A DNA stretch of 64,000 bases from an uncultured virus (IMG/VR IMGVR_UViG_3300042882_000732). Taxonomy: Duplodnaviria; Heunggongvirae; Uroviricota; Caudoviricetes. Of this stretch, positions 28,201 to 33,594 are shown piece by piece. Under the pieces are notes generated by a model that saw only the letters and a program-made list of their open reading frames with translations, did no database searches and was not told the DNA's origin. The stretch's first letter is position 1; the number at the start of each line of letters is the position of its first letter. The DNA lies in IMG/VR virus record IMGVR_UViG_3300042882_000732, positions 1 through 64,000 of that record; one strand, written 5' to 3'. Position numbers and translations under genes: made by a program.

Positions 28201-31061
28201 GATGTTAATACTATAACTTCATTAACTTTGTCTATATCTTCAGGCGTTAATATTTGAGAGCGAATTGTTTTTCTTAAAGTAGCATCATCATTAGCTCCCT
28301 TTCCGGTTGCTAAACTGCTTTTTCCACTTCCAGCAGCTCCAGCAATAGCTCTAAACCTAGATAGCGATCCACTTTTTCTAGCATTGCCTGCCAATTCTCC
28401 AAGTTTTGTTGTATAGTCACTAACATCAGTTATTCCAAGCTTTTCCATTGCTGGCCTAACTATCGCCGCATTAGCCTCATCTCTTAGTACGTCCGTATCA
28501 ACTACTCCAATTTTTCTTTCTACTTTTCCTCCAACCATGAACTTAGCCAATCCTTTAGTCTCTGTCATTTTCTTAATAAAACCAATATCAGAGATAGTTT
28601 TTAATGGCCGGGAGTCGTCTTGTATTATATTCCCTGAACTGTTAAACCTATCCTTAGATCCTGCTGGCATATAGTTAAACATATAATCATCTTTAATAAC
28701 CCTATCCCATGATGACTTATTAGTATTGCCGAATCCTGAATTTTTCTTCATTATCTCTAGTCTATTTGCTAGTTTATCTGCTTGAATAATGTCTTGACCT
28801 TTTTTAGTTCCACTATATTTTGCAACATTCTCTCCTACTAATTTTTTATTAAGAGCACCAATTTCCGCCATTGGTCTGCCATAGTAATCTACTTTATTAG
28901 CGTCGATAAAAATTTTAGCTAATTTTTCTTTACCAAGTCCACTTATAAAATCTATAGTTATATCTTTGGCTCTTTTGCCTTTCTCTCTATTACTAGCATA
29001 TGCCGGACCTTTTCCTCCTTGACTAGCATACTCTTCTCTTTCTTTTTTTGATGCTTTAATTTCAAAAGCATCTATTCCTTCAAGTCTGGATGTGACTTTA
29101 AATTTACCTTTTTCACTAGGATAAATTAAATCGCCAGTTAGTTTTTTAAAACGTTTATTAACTAGTGTTTGTGTTGGATCAACCAATAAATTTATACTAT
29201 CTGCATCATAAGCTTTGAGCCTACCAGCATACTGCTTGTTAGACTTAGAATATTCTTGAACATCAATATCGTCATATAGTTTACCTCCACCCCCAAATCT
29301 TTTTCTTCTATTTGATTTTCCTGCTCGTATACTTCCACCACTTCCATACTTATTCATACTATGAAGACTATCAGTACCAATAGTTTCAACAGCTTTTTTA
29401 CGTATAACAAATTCTCCTGGCTCTAACATTGCTGGTACAGTATCTCCACTACCAGTACCAGGAACAACACCACCTCGTGCGAATTTTCTTATAACTCCGC
29501 CATTAGCTTTACCATCTGGTCCTCTTTTAACTCCTGTGGCAAATCCTGTAGTAAATTCTGTTAATGCTTTAAATCCCTTAAATGCTGCAAGTACTGCTAA
29601 TGCTGGTAGAATTCCTTTAACAGCATCTGCTACTTTTATCAAACCACTAGTTAGAGACAACGCTCCTCTGATTAAACTTTGAAATCCTTTGGATTGACCT
29701 ATTTCACGAAATAGTGAGAAAAATTCTTCACGAACTTTACTTATTTGATTAGCTAAACTTAATTGTGCTGTTGCTGCATCTTTAGCTAGCGAACCTTGTC
29801 CTTGTTGAGCAACTTTTAACGCCTGTTGAGCCACACTAAATTGTTGAATTAATGGAATAACTTTACCAATTTGTCTAAATCCACCAAGTTCTTCAACTAT
29901 TCTTGAAAAGTCCAAACTTCTAGGGTCTATTTTACCTAATCCTTTACTTAACAATTCGACAGCCTTATACGCTCCAACGAACTTACCCTCAGCATCTGTT
30001 AAGTTAACACCAAACTCTTTTAGGGCGTCTATCGTTGTTCCTCTTTGGATACGAGTAAATATTGTTCGTAATCCAGTAGCAATAGTTTCAGCGCTTTCAC
30101 GGGTAGTTGCTCTAACACTGGTAAATACCGAAATAAATTCATTTAAAGCGTCTTTTCCTTCGCTTACCCCTTTACTCGCAGTAGCGAATACGCTACCTGT
30201 TCTTTGCACGGCGGTAATGATGTCACTAGATTCTACTGCGAACCTTGCTGCCACGGTATTAACCGCACCTAATGATGCCTCCAAATCAGCAGCACTAATA
30301 CCAAACTGTCTCATTATAGCAATACTACCTTCCACAGTCTCATTCATATTATCAAATGACGGAGCTAAACTACTAAGTGCTAAGGCTTTTAAAGCTTTCT
30401 CAGTTTCTCTGGCACTTAAACCAGCCTGAGCTAATGTTGATGCTACTTGAGTTAGCTCTTTAGAACTAACACCAAATTCTACAGCTAAATTACTAATTTG
30501 AGATTGTAGTTTGGATAATCCGGCAGCAGATTCTCCAGTAACCTGTTGTAATTTTACAAGCTCTTTATCATAATCAATAAAAGCCTGTATACCATTATTT
30601 ATACTATTTGTTACTCCATATATAACACTTGTAACAGCACTAAATGCAACGAATCTTCTAACTGCTAAACCAGCTTGCTTGCCGAATTCCTGCATCTCTG
30701 TTGCGGCATTTTGCAATCCTCCAGATGTTGATGAGGATACTTTATTTAATTTAGCAATTGCTGATGAAGTTTGATTAATTTGTTGAGGGACATTGTTAAT
30801 TTTAACAGAATTTACGCTATTACCAAAAGCCTTTATTGCTGATGTGGCAGCATTGGCTGATTTGACAGTTGAGGCAAAATTAGCATTCAAAACTTTTAAA
30901 GAAGACGATAATGCTGCAACATTTTTTGATGCTGCCGGATCAAGTTTAAATTGTACATTTGCATTAAGAGCGCCAAGATCTTTTTTAATTTGAGCAGCTA
31001 TTTGCTTAACGTTTGTTGGACCTTTAAGATTCAACTGTGCTGTTAGATTAAAAGTTGCCAT
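16209..31061 (-). CDS. Giant tape-measure protein (TP901-family N-terminal domain) carrying multiple enzymatic cargo domains
   Basis: The N-terminal about 500 aa has TMP-like content (YDKELVKLQQVTG, FGVSSKEL, TTRESAETIATGLRTIFTRI, VEELGGFRQIGK). It also has hydrophobic Ala/Gly segments, long helical regions, and lies downstream of the tail tube and chaperone-like genes. Confidence 0.88.
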   Translation of the reverse strand: MATFNLTAQLNLKGPTNVKQIAAQIKKDLGALNANVQFKLDPAASKNVAALSSSLKVLNANFASTVKSANAATSAIKAFGNSVNSVKINNVPQQINQTSSAIAKLNKVSSSTSGGLQNAATEMQEFGKQAGLAVRRFVAFSAVTSVIYGVTNSINNGIQAFIDYDKELVKLQQVTGESAAGLSKLQSQISNLAVEFGVSSKELTQVASTLAQAGLSARETEKALKALALSSLAPSFDNMNETVEGSIAIMRQFGISAADLEASLGAVNTVAARFAVESSDIITAVQRTGSVFATASKGVSEGKDALNEFISVFTSVRATTRESAETIATGLRTIFTRIQRGTTIDALKEFGVNLTDAEGKFVGAYKAVELLSKGLGKIDPRSLDFSRIVEELGGFRQIGKVIPLIQQFSVAQQALKVAQQGQGSLAKDAATAQLSLANQISKVREEFFSLFREIGQSKGFQSLIRGALSLTSGLIKVADAVKGILPALAVLAAFKGFKALTEFTTGFATGVKRGPDGKANGGVIRKFARGGVVPGTGSGDTVPAMLEPGEFVIRKKAVETIGTDSLHSMNKYGSGGSIRAGKSNRRKRFGGGGKLYDDIDVQEYSKSNKQYAGRLKAYDADSINLLVDPTQTLVNKRFKKLTGDLIYPSEKGKFKVTSRLEGIDAFEIKASKKEREEYASQGGKGPAYASNREKGKRAKDITIDFISGLGKEKLAKIFIDANKVDYYGRPMAEIGALNKKLVGENVAKYSGTKKGQDIIQADKLANRLEIMKKNSGFGNTNKSSWDRVIKDDYMFNYMPAGSKDRFNSSGNIIQDDSRPLKTISDIGFIKKMTETKGLAKFMVGGKVERKIGVVDTDVLRDEANAAIVRPAMEKLGITDVSDYTTKLGELAGNARKSGSLSRFRAIAGAAGSGKSSLATGKGANDDATLRKTIRSQILTPEDIDKVNEVIVLTSTASQTKLDAYLKDVDRAYVLSSNSREEQDRVRSNRESRDITGEGLYGRKPGTTRAADIDFGLEETILRDELGKRATVLGRKKDSFGLRRKRESELPEIVQAGGFYMGGFAPPTRGHRGALDTLLENMLAKNPNSSLEDILVSVAPDLPMIVDKEGIDHAARYGIFPSDIRTLFSQMNFGNAMISTQSQTGGGLPKFMEVTDAGDRRKFARLKGAMAITSGKDDKTLGKYQRAGIDVTDIPRIEDISATAVRDALFNGDDKTLTSLMNPDIASILMGNRAQLRNRSTMVPMLIEEIQKFVDQDKVRSNAEVTEILSNAPGGPYGNVSADLKKNYPEIAEQVKQIRDKRDRVSKGAFGYRAFNIISALSAKYPETYGLDPSRKSAVSAQPSDITREAIAAQISEQMAGEFGGVPTAMPSGLEEAILKNVEKATQVKKSSGILPTQGSEILKRFGTQRLPNDPSFGPFSGKTVRDTAEGGKLKYWNSAFRPETKEDKLAYYIATRDYLIDKFNESQGIQKATALEDTTNAVLSSKQLGLVGLNPLGYTGLLGPETWNLGVDPSGQERSIDASIVQRGLPTEFQNVIDYLSGQTAEIVQGASKLLGITPKELTKKQRETLGQGNIEGALLEQIFGSADATILDDALRTRPIDFPMGIGPKAAKIFGIDPDIPTEVKRTIDSNSRGKAVEEFQKYFRQQYGIPDPEKVTAFADGGEVYTPQQLVSLAKYRTGPFPGGGTDSEFINRYLEDNDSFMEYLKTFHADPPKAYDATKNAAKDLLEMFTSQESMSGSKRSGKLYSTVAGGKLKTILTQINNPLNSNKDISDAIGKNFNLNGSLLSTSESPDTASVFQPENGSSAMLSIIRNKNIPSIDVDKAIFDTSTEEDIIKALSKYIDPVSGKSGADFLSRSRSATRIEKEFILPQTSKFRIDDIDRIFSKDQEDKLLGGNIRHIEGMKVQQFKDGGMAFGKENEFEKIRQKILNQYPDINFRISRRKNGFGYNILGGLKQESSNIGNYAEFKQAGNLSKIQEVADNMASSLLYEYGPNIDPSLLKKMQNKRKFANGGSAQDTVPALLTPGEFVVNKKAAEKIGYGKLEKLNKADKIQGYNKGGIVGGVQRFALGGGVDGFLSGLQSIASNLGRTQNITNNRPNSIDTSTIAVDPSILQDTKAFVDTLYDAGDGMKYLNRLLNENKQLSIQAVLEAGNKDLERLKISGASIDKIIEAEKALSNIRNKGLIDVTNRQFLESGFKESSVGKKLGSGATQQKILSLAEKEERRLIDKRKKAIEADIVSSSKQPISPSDLADQVAQAISSELNDIKTQAFSRATAAATGTKTSTGIKGNITESELKNLNITGNDIQKYISDSMRDRKTLRQMDQQLIAMRMEEYKNAGTVRGISVASAEEAKKLAQEEVSKRREAINDLAKMRGERGVGAAGLMDTRNSPINRAFRERYFTGDLGKSMQRGLGDIGLAAGLVAGQGDNIASALFDTKTDKGKIQAADTGARIDKAATTLSVGLTTSAQLAAINPMLGAAAAIGTALYAGADAVYDFSGTAKKAAQEMARALLNDKLSAASDNLSNALEKLSRDANNVELRAKTASTIKSLTDTALESTADTGITGKNKAETERNWSDFGRGILLAIGEIGVGMNPFYQDMDPVTLAKSKQGSYGMEEARVDAQKEAENFQKIANAGYTDLERLYAKGFTNDQIMDPTNEAGNIVRESIKGMILADSEKRALYMAAGPQGKEAIAGTAAQQAFLANDELAKASQEAAKLARAMEIADKAGRRLAASFDKIADIVNESVNRISFESDARVEAANQYASSLRGESRGSGPKLRERNILENPNAYSEAEFTAALQSATAGLSDGLRKQLIGGAQLQQNIPKNITKSIATVLDKSAGSGVDELKKAAVDTAKNEIENNANLSRQQKDELKQIATARIETIAKKAKDNNADNTTQVSEFRKELEEGTSVLGDFGKKLLDSIKGLSSFKEGALDKFAKGLNEASKAAKESQNYFRRSREISNEGNMNLREVLSGYGETYDEQFNRIMGDVGGLAGGETTVQGIKNRQIMLAEQRDTLQNQQNTLTDKDALRNNVEQLNKLDDQLRDNREALDMLANSTELVDKAFNNLQNTAELQNNRQNFVNQLLTNTPEEADKLNQSFIRLQRNLSGGLNSAYNQRDARKAFNETLFKTGNVREATRAGNTVLANQRKETLSLMQDPGFRAAQELQIRNQYAQNRGRPGVDADQAVAEYFQKQQLQVTKQMAIESGMINNPLVQQSLAVLEDRKADPAMQQAAERYLEAVGLRADATKAQGELALLESQSILKNSNDNLRISIDDLRASIEGNLNNANIGMDAAGNRIVNPGVAVPAPAAARSSGGLIYASSGKLIDFKPKGTDTVPAMLSPGEFVINSKSTQKHLPLLKAINSGNYSKGGVVYLQKGGKAGTNIDEDIDLNKDGTITDEERQIYQRRKELYLTRSFGQMDYRQAYFTRPFGYSKGGPVNYLANGGEVQKRKEERIDAQKESWMMSEAAGRRPDEVVSRTSSSWAESQVGSNKWQSMTEEQRQSETKKYEPEFQNRWDNYNNRQNDAQLRSANDAGYGSIKEDPNSGIVGVNFYNEEKKRAKERFEKASAAEAETEASNNQMTQSSMEQPAPVAVPLPDMTKIPWGRGAAIKIGPTQETINERKKIKSEESRRRSLWLKGSKGISSEEETEYATLKSNQIKREVGPYTVEKDRNISSLVNSAYRKGAQSNEITSEERSALKELGSDPRNRGSLRALSFSAALPPITSNGGKPDPIDPATVARINQSARPDIADPAVSSGVQTGNPSEGMVNRTANNRAYEANQAKKRKMAGLALGLSTEADQETADLLEQILFGGPIERPIENNPAREKRQAALTTNIINQALNKKTPDYSIATPTSGDQTTKTERLTKEFIGSSASRRAFNAVANNGGTLAEANAAAKNAIQSQAERSKSIVEKRKDEGKKVIDYYEQRLNEARADNDGDGRPDFSNEEIDKRKRERDSARVNFSGNMNPIGRQPESYYSSRKNAERWGAKQYTSAEDYFAAQGARQDYLDRQARIRKENEASAEGFKAGVSHVVNMTEPQYAAAFRSTYGDTAADALGRATRMDPSVGRNNENTRIKDEEKKTRETFDRAKNYEGPLGNAAYVGDTLTQAIVGALPQDRARNDSQDMKDINARRDAYREREKLAGNKDFSFENSSNSFYRGLGTTGRYIGDLTAVATSPFRIIGGGGGALLGGASLGIAETQKVLGYDDTMARAFGDKALSQASDSVGAGISDINRLAEQTGRLATYAGIPFGLEADPLLKNNSAGMIFDERNVSEAGPLGPVVRAANVIRDVTADSVMPLPIPGAGKVRSVAGRLDDMDKAAEKAYKVSQRAYEAAQRSSIASATESTIPKMIQNYVEKLPIPSEATGSIGSMGRLSRGEALSRSLKDLREVKVPSLRSDPMDMSKLGKSAKQSQPILDPLQEAAKSAAKPRITAAEYTKRAEEARSAARASKPRVTAEEFMARTKPDATTLPIKRPLPEVIDVTDTKTLRQVQENLASDLADYATPAKRDQFLSEFVEKSTPQSVSVDPKALAEAKKKVAKTIGPVKAPDGMVTSGNKMIFKDAKTKTSVVQHELAHSFQTKTAGMKGDPFGGKKIQLSGLMKEIESFVDDPKGLVAITGGKGYSASQIKKAPYELLSTLMQHMEKVKGNKRAENILKKLMKFHGYSKGGLVYANNGAFINANNGTTDDTPAMLTKGEFVINRQATKKHMPLLNAINSGHLNRGGIVNYLANGGIVGPQYLAAGGRSMASISNSNILPELLNKLSNTGMNSSGGASQLAPLSNVVQTLKQTASSAGGVSNNVSIDTANISSSIQDAVTNAIGQFNEYTEQIGANFTEQFGAAQKSLSSSINTFQTATAQFGEHANAIPTSLSANVTQTTSLHHIGLESIKGNMEKNIYDNTSVSSKNIAQDTVMQYDKTVFEGGMNSAAKPSIMGRPS
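17080..17400 (-). other. HExxH zincin-like metallopeptidase motif region within TMP
   Basis: SVVQHELAHSFQ (HELAH at 17295-17309) with downstream APYELLS glutamate; boundaries approximate. Confidence 0.55.
25340..26065 (-). other. VIP2/C3-like ADP-ribosyltransferase domain within TMP
   Basis: LAKYRTG...FINRYL, LYST (YRG position), LLSTSES, EKEFILP.TSKFRI; bounded by AFADGG and QFKDGG. Confidence 0.7.
26100..26400 (-). other. Possible PD-(D/E)xK nuclease-like domain within TMP
   Basis: GNIEGALLEQ...RPIDFP...PTEVKRT gives an E...D...ExK spacing. Confidence 0.4.
27380..27900 (-). other. HIGH-superfamily nucleotidyltransferase (NMNAT/cytidylyltransferase-like) domain within TMP
   Basis: GGFAPPTRGH (GxFxPxTxGH) and C-terminal ISATAVR (SxTxxR). 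Confidence 0.75.
27930..28370 (-). other. P-loop kinase-like domain within TMP
   Basis: Walker A AIAGAAGSGKSS; lid-like RxxxRxxR (RVRSNRESR). Confidence 0.65.
28815..29230 (-). other. Staphylococcal nuclease (thermonuclease)-like domain within TMP
   Basis: YDADSI (cf. DGDT), RLEGIDAFE (cf. RLxGIDxPE), DYYGRPMA (cf. DxYGRxLA), NKKLVGENVA (cf. NxxLVxxGxA). Confidence 0.75.
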
Positions 31062-31090
31062 AATATTATCCTATAAAGAATTAACGATCC

Positions 31091-31135
31091 AAAAAAATAT
31101 TCCCAACCACAAGGTTAAACTCATGGTTAGGAATA
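31091..31135 (-). terminator. Intrinsic terminator upstream of TMP
   Basis: Minus strand TATTCCTAACCATGAG-loop-CTTGTGGTTGGGAATA followed by T7. Confidence 0.7.
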
Positions 31136-31165
31136 CCTATTAAATTAATATTATTATTAATCTTA

Positions 31166-32074
31166 TTATGAACTAACAGGCTCCGTAGATTCTGCAACAG
31201 TGCTTTTTGGTGGTTCAGAAACTGGGGGTTCTTTTGCTGTCTCTGTTTGTACTGCTGTTGGTTCATCTTTTTTGTCTTCTTCTAAAATAATTGGATTTCC
31301 ATTATCATCAAGGAACGGCTGAGGGTCAACCAGATAATCTCCATCAGAATTTACCTTGTTACCATATTTATCAACAAAATTCCCTTCTTCATCTATGAAT
31401 CTACCACTTTCATCTACTAGTCTACCTTCAGCATCAACGAGCCTACCTTTTTTATCAACAAGTCGCAATTTATCGTCAACAAATTTAAATTTCTTTAAGA
31501 ATTTGTTTTCTGGCAGATTGCTTTCATAGTCATTATCCAATCCATATAACATATTAGCCAAATTTTGCGCTCCTAACAAACCAACCTGATCGGTTGACCT
31601 ATTAAGATAATCTTCCATATTATTAAAGTATGGTTGTTTAGTATCATTATACACCACACAAACACTAACCAAATAATTAAACCTGGCATTATCAGCTTGA
31701 CCTTCGGCACTATGATTATCTAAACTAGTTCTAACACTAATTAGATCTCGTATCTCATCTCTAATGCCCTTCATTTTAATAGCTAGGTCTTTGGCTTCAT
31801 TTAAACTAAATCCACCCTTTGCTAGTCTTTTTTCACCGTCTAAAAGTTCTTTTTGTAAAGTGGTGAATTTAGCCTGTTTCTCATCATTCCATAAACCTTG
31901 ATCTTCTAAAAGATCGTCTAACTTTGCTCTTACAACACTTTTGCTTTTTATAGCATCAGTGAAAGCTTGATTATACACTTTTTGTGCTTCTCTTTGATCA
32001 TTTAATGATGGTGTCTTGACAACAAATTCTTTTTCTGTACCGTCTATAGTAACCTTAAAATTTTTAGTTTTCAT
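31166..32074 (-). CDS. Putative tail assembly chaperone
   Basis: Immediately upstream of the TMP; helical; C-terminal 7-residue DxxG(R/N)hh repeats and acidic tail; AGGAG RBS. Confidence 0.5.
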   Translation of the reverse strand: MKTKNFKVTIDGTEKEFVVKTPSLNDQREAQKVYNQAFTDAIKSKSVVRAKLDDLLEDQGLWNDEKQAKFTTLQKELLDGEKRLAKGGFSLNEAKDLAIKMKGIRDEIRDLISVRTSLDNHSAEGQADNARFNYLVSVCVVYNDTKQPYFNNMEDYLNRSTDQVGLLGAQNLANMLYGLDNDYESNLPENKFLKKFKFVDDKLRLVDKKGRLVDAEGRLVDESGRFIDEEGNFVDKYGNKVNSDGDYLVDPQPFLDDNGNPIILEEDKKDEPTAVQTETAKEPPVSEPPKSTVAESTEPVSS

Positions 32075-32357
32075 ATTTATCTCCTAGTTCCTTATTATTA
32101 AAATTATATGTTTGTTTAGTTTTATACGATCTATATACCACAGATGATAGAGTCTCCAATGCTAATCTTATTTGTTTATTTCCATTATTTAAAATAGAAT
32201 TTCTAGTATACTCCCAAAGATCTATGTATTCTTGCTGATCTGGTCCCGGTTCTTCCCACAAATGACCAAAAGATTGTTCGAATCTTGCTAATGAACCTAT
32301 CATAGTTGTTTTTAATCGTGTTTCGATTTCAGTAATTAGTTGTTGTTGATAATCCAT
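32064..32357 (-). CDS. Hypothetical protein (tail assembly region)
   Basis: 97-aa ORF coupled to its neighbours. Confidence 0.6.
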   Translation of the reverse strand: MDYQQQLITEIETRLKTTMIGSLARFEQSFGHLWEEPGPDQQEYIDLWEYTRNSILNNGNKQIRLALETLSSVVYRSYKTKQTYNFNNKELGDKYEN

Positions 32358-32360
32358 AAA

Positions 32361-33374
32361 TTAATTCCTATTTTTAGTCTCTTTTTGAATATCTGGTAAT
32401 TCTGTATGTTCTATATGTTGATATTTATTAATTACATGTTCTCTGTGAGCAATATCCATAATTGCTTCATCAGAATTCATTGACATAACTTCTTGGATAC
32501 CCTCATCAGAATCTGTAAAAATAAATACTTCTTGTGCTTTACCCAATTTATTATTTGTTTTTAACATCTCATCTTGTTTCTTTGATTTTTCTATTGCCCT
32601 ACGTTGTATTATCATCCATCCATCAAGCATATCATCATCATTGATAACATTATCTGTAGGTTTTTCTGGATGCTCATATACACTGTCATACATCATACTA
32701 TAACTGACTATAGTTAATTGTTCTTCTGTCCATTCTGATACTGCATTTTTAAATATATTAGTTTTTCCAACATTCCACAAAGATCTCCATAAATCAGATT
32801 TAGCAATTCTTCTATAGTCTGATACAGAAAGTCCGTGCTTGTCTATTTCTGATACAATATTAGTAAATTTATTTAATGAATTTTTTAATGATTTAAATTT
32901 ATCAAAAGCTTTTTTACCATTATGGTAAATGGTATTAACCATTATGAATTCATTTTTTATACTTTCAGCATATCCCTCTAGTGTTTGCATATAGTATGTT
33001 TGTTTGATTCCATTTAACTGACCTAGTTTGGCTCTTAAATTATTTAATTGTAATTTTGTTCTATTTGTTAGTTTTGCATTAAGTCTATTATTATATAATG
33101 ATACTTTAAGATTATCTATTTCTTGTTCTGATTTTTTCATAAATGCTGACATCCCAGGTTCCCACACCCCCATATATTGCATATATTTATCTAAATTTTC
33201 CAATCTGATCCACTCATTATACTTTTCATCATTAATAATAGATTCATAAATTAAATTAGCTTTATATTTTAATATTGGTTTAGGAAATGTCAATACATAT
33301 TTTTTTTTATTATAAGAAAATAGTAATTTCCCAGACAATATTCTATATATATCCCTCTCTAATTCTTGCACCAT
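32361..33374 (-). CDS. Hypothetical, possible tail assembly chaperone
   Basis: Between tail tube genes and TMP; YDSVYEHPEKP...DDDMLDGW motif; function positional only. Confidence 0.5.
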   Translation of the reverse strand: MVQELERDIYRILSGKLLFSYNKKKYVLTFPKPILKYKANLIYESIINDEKYNEWIRLENLDKYMQYMGVWEPGMSAFMKKSEQEIDNLKVSLYNNRLNAKLTNRTKLQLNNLRAKLGQLNGIKQTYYMQTLEGYAESIKNEFIMVNTIYHNGKKAFDKFKSLKNSLNKFTNIVSEIDKHGLSVSDYRRIAKSDLWRSLWNVGKTNIFKNAVSEWTEEQLTIVSYSMMYDSVYEHPEKPTDNVINDDDMLDGWMIIQRRAIEKSKKQDEMLKTNNKLGKAQEVFIFTDSDEGIQEVMSMNSDEAIMDIAHREHVINKYQHIEHTELPDIQKETKNRN

Positions 33375-33383
33375 ATCATTATA

Positions 33384-33545
33384 CTATTTTTCCATATTAT
33401 CCTTAGGACTGTTTACTAATTTACTTTTAAGTGCTAAGATTTCTCCATCCTTAATTTTTATTTGTTCCTGGAGATTTTCTAAAAACTTTTGAGCATGATA
33501 CATATCGGTATACAATTTTCCTATTATCTGAAATAATTCATCCAT
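33384..33545 (-). CDS. Small coiled-coil hypothetical protein (53 aa)
   Basis: Not in the ORF track. MDELFQIIGKLYTDMYHAQKFLENLQEQIKIKDGEILALKSKL..., AGGA upstream, fills the gap. Confidence 0.65.
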   Translation of the reverse strand: MDELFQIIGKLYTDMYHAQKFLENLQEQIKIKDGEILALKSKLVNSPKDNMEK

Positions 33546-33594
33546 TTTAATCCTAAATCCTTGTTCTATAAATTCCTAATTAAATATATTTTTA

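Noticed and set aside
16588..30993. Many + strand ORFs of 60-177 aa opposite the TMP and other genes
   Set aside because: Fully antisense to long coding genes and lacking motifs; an expected codon-bias artefact.
31081..31266. Alternative-frame ORF overlapping the chaperone-like gene end and stopping 20 nt before the TMP, as a lambda G/GT-style frameshift extension
   Set aside because: It needs a +1/-2 shift at GAC AAA AAA GAT, not a canonical in-frame -1 heptamer. It is low-complexity and runs through the terminator hairpin. Not fully excluded.
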